Source of the DNA: an uncultured Clostridia bacterium
GTDB taxonomy: Bacteria > Bacillota > Clostridia > Christensenellales > UBA1242
DNA: 64,000 bases
Reading direction: 5' to 3'
NCBI GenBank assembly: GCA_930971385.1
Contig: CAKNGB010000003.1
Span: forward strand, 21,233-85,232
In this document: positions 18,705 to 27,857 of the stretch, one piece after another
How positions within the stretch are numbered: the first letter of the stretch is position 1
Layout of the letters: each line of letters starts with the position of its first letter
Translations under genes and position numbers: made by a program
Notes under the pieces: model-generated
Seen by the model: the letters and a program-made list of their open reading frames with translations, nothing else
The model's database searches: none
What the model was told of the DNA's origin: nothing

Positions 18705-20742
18705 AATTGAGGGGTTAGATTGCCCAAATTGTGCACGCACACTTGAAGCGGAAATAAACAAAATTGAGGGCGTTAAAAATGCGGAAATCAACTTTGTGAA
18801 AGGAAAACTCTCCTTTGAAAGTGAAGATATTAACGCTCTTCAAAAGATTGTGGAACTTTCAAAAAAGATAGAACCTAATGCAAAAATAATAGACTCAAAA
18901 AAGAAAATTAATAACAAAAAAATTCTCACCCTCGACCTTGTCACTTTGGGTGTTGGAATCGCACTTGGGCTTTTGGCACTTTTGTTGCCTCTTCCTGTGT
19001 GGGCGTTTTGGCTTATGTATGTTTTAAGCGCACTTTCGCTTGGCTATAAAACATACTATAAAGCGATTCGACTTCTATTTAAAGGCGTGATAAACGAAAA
19101 TCTTCTCATCACGCTCTCTGTTGTTGGCGCCACGGCAATCGGCGAATATATGGAAGGGCTTATGGTGGTTTGCCTATACACAATTGGAAAAATTTTGGAA
19201 GGCCTTGCGGTTAATAGGTCAAGAAAATCTATTGAAGCTTTAACAAATTTTCAGGTGGAATATGCTAACCTCATAACCTCTGACGGAGAAAAACAGGTTT
19301 TACCAAGTGAAGTGGAAGTGGGTTCGCTTATCTTAGTTAAATCGGGCGAGAAAGTGCCACTCGACGGCGTTGTTGTGGAAGGAAAGTCAGCACTTAATAT
19401 GCAAAGTTTAACAGGCGAAAGTGTGCCAGTTCATGTGGAAAAGGGTTGTGAAGTTCTTTCGGGCGCAATATCGCTTGACGGCGTGCTTAAAATTCAAACT
19501 ACTAAAAAATATGAAGAGTCCACAGTCAGCAAAATCATGAATTTAATTGAAAATGCGTCTGAAAAAAAGTCGAAAACAGAAACGCTGATATCCAAAATCA
19601 CTCGCTACTACACTCTCGGCGTCATTCTGCTTGCTCTCATTGTTTGGGGAATTGTTTGGGCAGTGACAAGCGATTTCAATGTAGCAATCTATCGTGGGCT
19701 TATCTTCCTTGTGGTTTCTTGCCCATGCGCTTTTGCCATTTCCGTGCCACTATCTTACTTTTCTGGGCTTGGCAACGCCTCGAAAAAGGGAATTTTAATT
19801 AAAGGTAGCAACTATCTTGATGCCTGCGCCAAATTAAACCTTGTGGCGTTCGACAAAACTGGCACGCTGACCACTGGCAATTTTAAAGTTGTGGATGTTA
19901 AAACTTTTGAAGATATTTCCAAAGATGAAGCAATATATCTTGCAAGTTTGGGCGAACAATATTCCCTGCATCCTCTTGCTAAATCAATAGTTTTAGAGAA
20001 CACAAAACCGCTGGAAAAAGTGAAGAATGTGAAAGAGGAAGCAGGCGTCGGCGTTTTTTACACCTACAAAAAGCACAACTATTTTGTTGGCAGACGCGCT
20101 AAAAACACCAAGGGCACAACGGTGGAACTTTATAAAGACGACAAACTTATAGCCGAAATCTACCTCGCCGACACCATTAAATCCACTTCCAGCGAAGCTT
20201 GCGCAGAACTTGAAAAACTTTCGGTTAAAACCGTGCTTTTGTCTGGCGATAACTTTGAGGTAGCAAACAGCGTGGGCAAGGAAATTGGAATTAAAGAGGT
20301 GAAAGCCGAACTTTTGCCACAAGATAAATATGCCTATCTTGAAAATGCAAAAAAGGATAAGAAGAACTTTATCGGCTATGTTGGCGATGGCTTAAATGAT
20401 GCGCCTTCTCTTATGCTTGCCGATGTTGGCATAAGCATGGGAATTAATGGAAGCCCTGCAAGCATCGAGGCGTCGGATGTTGTTTTGGTGGACGATAATC
20501 CTAAAAAAGTGGCAACTGCAATCAAAATTTCCAAATTCACACGCAAGATTGTTTGGGAAAACATCATCCTTTCCGCGCTTGTCAAACTCACCTTTTTGCT
20601 TTTAGGTGCGCTTGGCATAACTGGAATGACTTGGGCAGTTTTTGCCGATGTTGGCGTCACGCTTCTTGCCATAATAAACAGTATGCGTGCACTTCGTTAC
20701 ACTCCAAAAGAGGAAAAAATAAAAAAAGTGAAAAGTAAGTAA
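18685..20742 (+). CDS. cadA: heavy-metal (Cd/Zn/Pb-type) translocating P1B-type ATPase
   Basis: N-terminal HMA domain with CPNC. TM CPC motif VSCPCAFAISVPLS. Phosphorylation site DKTGTLT and hinge GDGLNDAP. Paired with cadC. Confidence 0.93.
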   Translation: MMKKTVKIEGLDCPNCARTLEAEINKIEGVKNAEINFVKGKLSFESEDINALQKIVELSKKIEPNAKIIDSKKKINNKKILTLDLVTLGVGIALGLLALLLPLPVWAFWLMYVLSALSLGYKTYYKAIRLLFKGVINENLLITLSVVGATAIGEYMEGLMVVCLYTIGKILEGLAVNRSRKSIEALTNFQVEYANLITSDGEKQVLPSEVEVGSLILVKSGEKVPLDGVVVEGKSALNMQSLTGESVPVHVEKGCEVLSGAISLDGVLKIQTTKKYEESTVSKIMNLIENASEKKSKTETLISKITRYYTLGVILLALIVWGIVWAVTSDFNVAIYRGLIFLVVSCPCAFAISVPLSYFSGLGNASKKGILIKGSNYLDACAKLNLVAFDKTGTLTTGNFKVVDVKTFEDISKDEAIYLASLGEQYSLHPLAKSIVLENTKPLEKVKNVKEEAGVGVFYTYKKHNYFVGRRAKNTKGTTVELYKDDKLIAEIYLADTIKSTSSEACAELEKLSVKTVLLSGDNFEVANSVGKEIGIKEVKAELLPQDKYAYLENAKKDKKNFIGYVGDGLNDAPSLMLADVGISMGINGSPASIEASDVVLVDDNPKKVATAIKISKFTRKIVWENIILSALVKLTFLLLGALGITGMTWAVFADVGVTLLAIINSMRALRYTPKEEKIKKVKSK

Positions 20743-20794
20743 AAACACCTATTGATTTCCTTAAATTAATGTGATAAAATTAATTTAGGAGAAA

Positions 20795-21442
20795 ATGATG
20801 GTTAAAACAAAAATATTTCTAGCAAGTGCCAGTCAACATAAAATTAATATCGTTAAAAAATATTTCCAAACCGATTTGGATGATTCTGTCAAATTTAAAA
20901 CAGTGGGCGTAAGAAGTTCGGTTTCAAGAAAGCCTGTTGGAAAAGAGGTTTTTAAAGGCGCTTATGAAAAAACTGCAAGCATTCACGATGTGAAATATAA
21001 AGATTTTGTCATAGGCTTTGAAGGTGGCTATTTCAAAATGAATGGTTCATATTTCATCGGTGAAGTTTGCTGTGTTCGAAATAAAGACAAATATCATTTT
21101 GGTCTTAGCCCATTTGTTAAAATTTCGAAAAATATGTTTGAATGTGTTAAAAATGATATTCCACTTGGGCTTTTGATTTCTGAATATATGGGTGTTAAGC
21201 ACGAAGATTTTAAAGAAAAATCAGGAGTGCTACAATATTTGACAAATGGAAAATTTTCGCGTGGTGTTGGTTCTGTGGTTGCCTTTAATGAAGCTATGAA
21301 AGCAGAGGGATATCCAAGTTTTGAAGAGGCAAACTTAGCTTTCAAATGCCAAGTTGTTAAAAACAATCCTTATGCCTATAACACCTTAGACGCAATGGCA
21401 AGGGCACGCTTAACCTTTATGAATTCAATGAAAGATAATTAA
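20795..21442 (+). CDS. DUF84/YjjX-like non-canonical purine NTP phosphatase (tentative)
   Basis: 215 aa. KIFLASASQHKINIVKKYF...VGVRSSVSRKPVG...IGFEGG resembles the inosine/xanthosine triphosphatase family layout. Judged by eye only. Confidence 0.45.
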   Translation: MMVKTKIFLASASQHKINIVKKYFQTDLDDSVKFKTVGVRSSVSRKPVGKEVFKGAYEKTASIHDVKYKDFVIGFEGGYFKMNGSYFIGEVCCVRNKDKYHFGLSPFVKISKNMFECVKNDIPLGLLISEYMGVKHEDFKEKSGVLQYLTNGKFSRGVGSVVAFNEAMKAEGYPSFEEANLAFKCQVVKNNPYAYNTLDAMARARLTFMNSMKDN

Positions 21443-21445
21443 TAA

Positions 21446-21467
21446 AAGAGGGCATCCTCTTTTTTTA
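21446..21467 (+). terminator. rho-independent terminator
   Basis: AAGAGG-GCAT-CCTCTT hairpin followed by TTTTTT. Confidence 0.7.
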
Positions 21468-21654
21468 ATTTATAAATTATTTGTTAAACATCTTTATTTA
21501 GTTTTTTAAAATTATCTTTTTCTTGATTGCTCTAAATTCTATATATATTATACCTTTTATTATCAAAAATAGCAAAAAAATCATATATATTTTTCACGCT
21601 CCTCGCATATTGGAATAGAATGTATTTAGGAATGAAAATTCCTAAGGAGAAAAA

Positions 21655-23029
21655 TATGGGTGTAATTAATTCAAATAAACTTGTTAGTAGAACAGAGATA
21701 AATTGTGGCGAAGAGTTAAGGGTGACAATTGCTTTCACTGCAACTCCAGACATTTCGTCAAATCCAACCGATATTGTGTTGGTGCTTGATAGGTCTGGAA
21801 GTATGGCTGGCTCTCCTCTTGCCAACTTAAAACTTGGCGCAAATAAATTTATCGACATCATCGATGAAGCCACAGACAGTTCGCAAGACGGGCAAATTGG
21901 TTCGGGTAGCAGAATTGGCATTGTTAGTTTTGCAAGCACTGCTACGGAGGATACACAACTGATAACCTCTGTTGCTGACCTTAAATCTGCTGTTGACGCA
22001 TTAACTGCCGATGGCACAACAAATCATGCCGACGCTTTCACAAAGGCGATTGATTTGTTTGATCCAAGTTCGTCTAACGCTAAGGTTATGGTTATGTTCA
22101 CTGATGGCAACACCACAGCAGGCGGTCCACCAGCACCAGTTGCAGATCAGGCTAAGGCGCAAGGAATAACCATTTTTGTTATTGGGCTTATCGGCTCTGA
22201 CGGCATTGATGTTAACGCTTTAAACGAATGGGCGTCCGACCCAGATTCTGCTCATGTTGCAGTAACGCCAGATGATGCAGACCTTGAAGAACTTTTTGAA
22301 GATCTTGCAGAAAACATTTCAAAACCAGGCGCAACCAACATAAAAATCAGCGAAGTTGTAAATTCCGATTTTGAAATTATCAATATCGAAAATCCACTTG
22401 TTGGAAGTGTCAACCAAATTTCCACCGATGAACTTGAATGGACGATTGACTCTCTTGGCGTGAACGGAAGCGAAAGTGCAGTGTTGGAGTTTGACATTCG
22501 CGACATTTCAAACACACCAGGCGAAAAATATGTTAACGACTCCATTGTTTACACTGACAATGAAAACAACTCTGTCACTTTTCCAACTCCAACCGTGCTT
22601 GTTGACTGTGGCATAATCGTTCATCCTGAAGACTGCCCAACTCCAACTGACTTCACTGTCAGTGGTTGCTCGTCATCAATAACTTATGACCTTGGCGACA
22701 CTTGCTTAGTTGGTGGCAGAATGGTGCAAGTTAATTTCACACTTACCAGTGTTTGCCCACAAAGGCAAGTTGCAGTGGCTGTGAATTTAACAGAACTTGA
22801 CAGTTTCGGCGATGAACATCAACGCGGTTTTAAAGCGTTTCTTCTTCCAGCACACACAGAATCAGAATGCCGAGATATTGAAGTTAGATGTGTCCGATTT
22901 GTGTTGCCAGAAGAACTTAATGTTTCTTGCAACAACGGTATGTGCGAAGAGAGAAATTTAAGAGCGCGCGTTTATGCAAACTATGTTGACAACGATTTTG
23001 TTTGCTGTGACGAAAAAAATCCAGAATAA
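21655..23029 (+). CDS. von Willebrand factor A (VWA) domain protein with an Ig-like middle region and a Cys-rich C-terminal domain; no signal peptide
   Basis: MIDAS motif DIVLVLDRSGSMAG, then ...SFASTA...ADGTTNHADAF...VMVMFTDGNTT. The C-terminal ~140 aa contain 15 Cys. The preferred start is the ATG at 21655 behind AGGAGA; the track start at 21620 lacks an RBS. Confidence 0.85.
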
Positions 23030-23196
23030 TTATAAAAAACACATTTTTTATCAATTTTTAACCGTTTTTTCGCGTTAAAACATCGATTTTTTAGAAATTT
23101 CAAATTTTTATTTTTAAAATCACAATTTAATGCGAATAAAAATTAGAAAAAATTAAACAAAAAATAATAGAAAAATAAAAATATAATAATAAAAAA

Positions 23197-23225
23197 ATTC
23201 GAGAGCAATCTCGAATTTTATTTAT
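23197..23225. terminator. bidirectional terminator hairpin
   Basis: ATTCGAGA-GCAA-TCTCGAAT, flanked by an A-run on the left and a T-rich run on the right. Confidence 0.6.
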
Positions 23226-23695
23226 TAAAATTGTTTAAAAACAAAAGCAGAGAAAACATAACTTAAACCAATTAAAACAACTAAAAAGGCGATGCCGATT
23301 AAAATTTTTAGCCAAGTTTTATTTGTAAGTTTCATCACATACAAACCAATAACACAGCCCAGTCCTCCAAAAATGCCATCAACAATCGCGCTCCAAACAT
23401 TATCCACAAAAAAGGCGAAAGCAAGGCAACCGATGAAGGTGAGAAGGGCGAGAGTGTATTCAAACCAAGTTGTCTTCTTCACCATTTCAATGTTGTTTCC
23501 CTTAAAGCCAATTGTCACGCCCGTCATGTATGAGCCCATAACATTAAAATTATCTTCACCAAGTTTATAGGTGTATTTATCCACACGCTCTGCTTTGTTT
23601 CCGTCGTATTCCACCTCTTTTTTACCCGACCAAAAGCCTTCGGTGTAAACAAGGTCTTTATTTTCTGTTAAATTATTATTCACTTTAAATTTCAT
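23225..23695 (-). CDS. hypothetical membrane protein (soluble N-terminal domain plus 3 TM helices)
   Basis: 156-aa ORF with a hydrophobic C-terminal half (WFEYTLALLTFIGCLAFAFF..., ILIGIAFLVVLIGLSYVF). Confidence 0.6.
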   Translation of the reverse strand: MKFKVNNNLTENKDLVYTEGFWSGKKEVEYDGNKAERVDKYTYKLGEDNFNVMGSYMTGVTIGFKGNNIEMVKKTTWFEYTLALLTFIGCLAFAFFVDNVWSAIVDGIFGGLGCVIGLYVMKLTNKTWLKILIGIAFLVVLIGLSYVFSAFVFKQF

Positions 23696-23831
23696 AAAAC
23701 TTCCTTTTAATCAAATATATGTTTTTAAAAATTCAATATTCCAAATGTGATAACAAATAAATTATAGCATAAAAATCGATAATTGAAAAGAGAAATTTCT
23801 CTTTTTTTCATATACTTTTATAAGAGGAAAG

Positions 23832-24695
23832 ATGTTATATTTTTTATTACTGCTGGTGGTGTTGTCAAATGCTGGCGAAACGATATGCTACAAAAATTCC
23901 AAAGTGCAAAAGCATGATGAGGTGTTGTTTGGCGTCACCTTTTGGTCTTTTCTTTTGTCGCTTCTTGCATTTATCATTTTTCTTTTCACGGGAGGAAATT
24001 TTTTTAGCGGTTTAGACTATGTAACAATTTTATACATATTTTTAATGTCAATTTTGAATGTTTTTTGCATAATTTCTTGGTCGATAACCTCTAAAAATTT
24101 ACCCATGAGTGTGGCGGAGGGCGTTTCGGAAATTTATATTGCCATTTTAACCTTTTTGTCGTGGCTGTGCTTTGGTGGGGAGATTGATGTTTGGGACATT
24201 TCACTTGTGCTTGTGCTGGTTTTGTCTTGCATCTTGCTTGCCTTTGTGCAAAAACGAGAAAAGATAAAGGGAAATTATAAAATTGGCTTAATATTTTTAA
24301 CAATTTGGGTGGTTTTTGCGGTTTTTAAAGGGCTTCTTCCTGGATTTATTGCAGGAAGCGAGATGTTTTCCTACATCTTTCTTTTAAACTTATTCATATT
24401 TTTGGAAGTAAATCTATATTTTCTTATCCGCCGAAAGAAATTTAATAATTTCCTTCCCGCCATTCGTGACCCATATCTATTTGGTGTCGGTTTATCTCGC
24501 GTCGTTTCGCAAATTGTGGTCATCATTCTTGCACTCACCGTGAACTTGGGAATTATTGACGCGGTTGGAGTTTTAGGGCTTGTGCTTATCATGCTTTACG
24601 AGCGCTTCATCATGAAAAATAAGATAAGTTTGAAAACAATCATTCTTTTAATCGTCATCACGCTTTCTTCTGGTGCGCTAGCATTACTTGCGTGA
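23832..24695 (+). CDS. polytopic membrane protein (~9-10 TM, DMT/EamA-like topology, unassigned)
   Basis: 287 aa, hydrophobic throughout. RBS AGAGGA. Confidence 0.6.
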   Translation: MLYFLLLLVVLSNAGETICYKNSKVQKHDEVLFGVTFWSFLLSLLAFIIFLFTGGNFFSGLDYVTILYIFLMSILNVFCIISWSITSKNLPMSVAEGVSEIYIAILTFLSWLCFGGEIDVWDISLVLVLVLSCILLAFVQKREKIKGNYKIGLIFLTIWVVFAVFKGLLPGFIAGSEMFSYIFLLNLFIFLEVNLYFLIRRKKFNNFLPAIRDPYLFGVGLSRVVSQIVVIILALTVNLGIIDAVGVLGLVLIMLYERFIMKNKISLKTIILLIVITLSSGALALLA

Positions 24696-24738
24696 AACAA
24701 TAAGTTAGGTTTTTGAATATATATTTTTGGAGTGAGTT

Positions 24739-25698
24739 ATGAACTATATAGATAAAAATTTTTATAATGTTATAAACGAAATTAAAAGTAAGGATGTTTA
24801 CGACATCTATTTTCACATCTTGGAAAAGTTTAAAAATATTTCAGAAACCACACAGCGTTCCATGGAAAGATTTTTCGCGAAATATAGCTATTGGGGAGAG
24901 TTAAGGATAGATGAGGGATATTTTAAAGTTTTGTTTAATAAGGCAGAAGTTTTTAAAAAATATCTTGACGAATATGCTGTTTTATATGAAAGTTTAAAAG
25001 ATTATAAATCTAAGTATGTTTTGTTTTCAATTATTAACGATTTCTATAATTTTGACTTTGTCAATTTAAAAAACGCCACTGAATATTGTTTTAAACACTA
25101 TTTTGACCTAAATTTAATGCCAAAACTAAAAGAAAATGTGTTTGTGGATGTTGGTGCGTATGTTGGCGACACGGTTTTAGACTATGTGGAAAGTTTTGGC
25201 GAGAAAGGCTATAAAAAAATTTATTGTTATGAAATTTGCCAAGAAAATGTCGACAAAATGAAGATAAACTTAAAAAAGTTTGATAACATTGAGATAAGGC
25301 GAAAAGCGGTTTCTGATAAAAAGGAGAAATTGAGGTTTGATTTAGATAACGACATCTCTTCTAACCACATTTCCACTGGCGGCAAAATTGAGGTGGAGGG
25401 AGTTTCTCTTGACGAGGATATTAAAGAAAAAATTTCCATGGTTAAAATGGATATCGAGGGTTCGGAGATGAAAGCGCTTGCGGGCATGAAAGAGCATATT
25501 AAAAACGATATGCCAATTCTTTTAATTTCCGTCTACCACAACAACACCGACCTTGTGGAAATTCCTAAATATATAAGAAGTTTAAATGAAAACTATGATT
25601 ATTATTTAAGGTATTATGGTGGTTGTGTTTACGCCACAGAAATTGTTTTGTTTGCTCTTCCAAAGACTAAAAAAGTGCTGGTCAAAAATTTAATTTAA
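24739..25698 (+). CDS. FkbM-family SAM-dependent methyltransferase
   Basis: VFVDVGAYVGDTVLDYV (SAM motif I) and MVKMDIEGSEMKALAGM, typical of Methyltransf_21/FkbM. Confidence 0.8.
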   Translation: MNYIDKNFYNVINEIKSKDVYDIYFHILEKFKNISETTQRSMERFFAKYSYWGELRIDEGYFKVLFNKAEVFKKYLDEYAVLYESLKDYKSKYVLFSIINDFYNFDFVNLKNATEYCFKHYFDLNLMPKLKENVFVDVGAYVGDTVLDYVESFGEKGYKKIYCYEICQENVDKMKINLKKFDNIEIRRKAVSDKKEKLRFDLDNDISSNHISTGGKIEVEGVSLDEDIKEKISMVKMDIEGSEMKALAGMKEHIKNDMPILLISVYHNNTDLVEIPKYIRSLNENYDYYLRYYGGCVYATEIVLFALPKTKKVLVKNLI

Positions 25699-25852
25699 AA
25701 TTCAAAATTATTTTTTAAAAATAAAAAATCGCATAAATTTATGAAAAAACACATATTTTTTGCGATTTTTTCGCCTTTTTTTGCATTTTTTAATGATTTT
25801 TTATTATTTTTTTAATTTTCTTTATTTATAATGTAAAAAAATTCCTAAAAAA

Positions 25853-27664
25853 TTAGGAATTATTTTTGAAATATTCAAATATATTTTCTGCCAAACTTTC
25901 GTGTATGCCATGGACCAGCATAAGTTCTTCGCGAGAGGCCTTCTTGATGTTTTCAGTGCTACCGAAAGCCTTTAAAAGCGCGTCTATCTTTTTTTGGCCA
26001 AGCCCAGAGATATTTTCAAGTTCGCTTTTTGTTTGCGCTTTTGTGCGAGTTTGACGGTGGAAGGTTATCGCGAAACGGTGTGCTTCATCTCTTATTCTTT
26101 GCAAAAGTTTAAGTTCGGCGCTTCCCATTTTCAAAATCACTGGCGCGCTTTCGCCAACTTTGAACACCTCTTCAAGTTTTTTGGCAAGTGCGATAATTTC
26201 AATTTGGTCATCTAAATGAAATTCCTTTAAAATTTCATAGGTGGAAGAGAGTTGCCCTTTTCCGCCGTCTATAACAAGAAGGTCGGGTTTTTCTTTAAAA
26301 CTTTCGCCGTCTTTGTTTATTAACCTTTTCAATCTTCGCTCCAAGGTTTCTTGCAAGGAGGCAAAGTCGTTTGAACCTTTAACGTGCTTGATTTTGAATT
26401 TACGATAGTCTTTTTTTGCTGGCTTACCGTCTTTAAACACCACCATGGAAGCCACTTTATAAGTTCCGCTTATGTGAGAAATATCATAGCACTCCATTCG
26501 TCTTGGCAAATTTTTAAGTTGCAATTTTTCTTGCAAGGCGGTCAGTGCGCCAAGCGTGTTGTTATATTGTAGTTTTTCTTTTTCAAGATGTTTTTCAAGA
26601 TATTCAGAGGCATTTTCCTTTGCCATTTTAAGAAGCGTTAGGTTTATGCCATGAGGCGAGGAGGTTATCTTCAAGTTTTTGCCAAGATATGAGGACAGAA
26701 GTTCGCCGTCAATAGCATGGCTGACAATAATCTCGTGCGGTGGAAGCATATTTTGATAGTATTGCACCATAAAGTTGAAAATCGTTTCACTTTCGTCGAT
26801 GTCGCTTTGAACGAAATTTTGAATACCCAAAATTTTTCCTCCGCGCACCACCATGATGTTGATAACACCACTAAGCCCGTCTGTTGCATAGGCGATAACA
26901 TCCTTATCCACACTTTTCGGCATATTTGCCACCACGCGCTGTTTAAGTTTTGCCACCATTTTCAGTGCCTCTCTTAATTCTATCGCGCGCTCGAAGTTTT
27001 CTTGATTTGAGGCATTTATCATTTTTTCTAAGAGGATGTTTTCAATTTCGTCGTCATTTCCGCTTAAAAAGTTGATGACCTTTTTTAGTTCTTCCATATA
27101 CTCTTTGTGCGTGACGCGATTGGTGCAAGGGGCAAGGCAAAGCCCAAGTGAATAGTTTAAACATTCGCGCTTCTGAGGCTTTAAGGAGGAGAGATTTTTA
27201 CTGCAAGTGCGAACTTTAAACGCTGAGGCAATCGCTTTCAAAATTGCCTTTGGGTCAATGCCAGCAATGTATGGACCGAAATATTTTGCACCGTCATTCT
27301 TCTTTATGCGCCTAACAATTTCCAGTCGAGGGAACTCCTCTTTCATGTTGATTTTAATGTAAGGAAAGGTTTTGCCGTCTTTTAAAAGGATGTTGTAAAA
27401 TGGTTGATATTTTTTTATGAGATTGTTTTCAAGGGCGAGGGCGTCGAGTTCGCTCATGGTGATATAGTAGTCAAAATGGTCGACATTATCCACCATGGCT
27501 TGCACTTTAACTGGTTTTTCGCTATTTCGAAAATATTGCGACACACGATTTTTAAGGTTTTTTGCTTTGCCCACATAGATAACTTCACCACGCACATCTC
27601 GCATGATGTAAACGCCACTTTTTGGCGGCAAGGTTTTGAGTTTTTCTCTTATTAGGTCATTCAT
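25853..27664 (-). CDS. uvrC: excinuclease ABC subunit C
   Basis: GIY-YIG domain (SGVYIMRDVRGEVIYVGKAKNLKNRVSQYF), a UVR domain, an Endo V-like domain and C-terminal (HhH)2. The start is placed at MNDLIREKLKTLP (ATG 27664) by comparison with the usual UvrC N-terminus. The track extends to a TTG at 27691. Confidence 0.95.
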   Translation of the reverse strand: MNDLIREKLKTLPPKSGVYIMRDVRGEVIYVGKAKNLKNRVSQYFRNSEKPVKVQAMVDNVDHFDYYITMSELDALALENNLIKKYQPFYNILLKDGKTFPYIKINMKEEFPRLEIVRRIKKNDGAKYFGPYIAGIDPKAILKAIASAFKVRTCSKNLSSLKPQKRECLNYSLGLCLAPCTNRVTHKEYMEELKKVINFLSGNDDEIENILLEKMINASNQENFERAIELREALKMVAKLKQRVVANMPKSVDKDVIAYATDGLSGVINIMVVRGGKILGIQNFVQSDIDESETIFNFMVQYYQNMLPPHEIIVSHAIDGELLSSYLGKNLKITSSPHGINLTLLKMAKENASEYLEKHLEKEKLQYNNTLGALTALQEKLQLKNLPRRMECYDISHISGTYKVASMVVFKDGKPAKKDYRKFKIKHVKGSNDFASLQETLERRLKRLINKDGESFKEKPDLLVIDGGKGQLSSTYEILKEFHLDDQIEIIALAKKLEEVFKVGESAPVILKMGSAELKLLQRIRDEAHRFAITFHRQTRTKAQTKSELENISGLGQKKIDALLKAFGSTENIKKASREELMLVHGIHESLAENIFEYFKNNS

Positions 27665-27857
27665 ATCTTTATTATACACACTTTCTTCCAAGAAAACAAG
27701 TGGACGGCAAGGTGGTTTTTTAAATCAGACTTTTCTTGCGTATAACCATAATTCTAAAATTTTTTTAAATAAATTGGCAAAAATTGGAAAAATTTGTTGG
27801 AAAATGTAATTTTATTTGATATAATGAGAAAAATAAGAATAGGAGGATTGTGCCTAG

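Noticed and set aside
21532-22017. 161-aa minus-strand ORF
   Set aside because: It is antisense to the well-supported VWA domain CDS and has no RBS. It is a typical shadow ORF.
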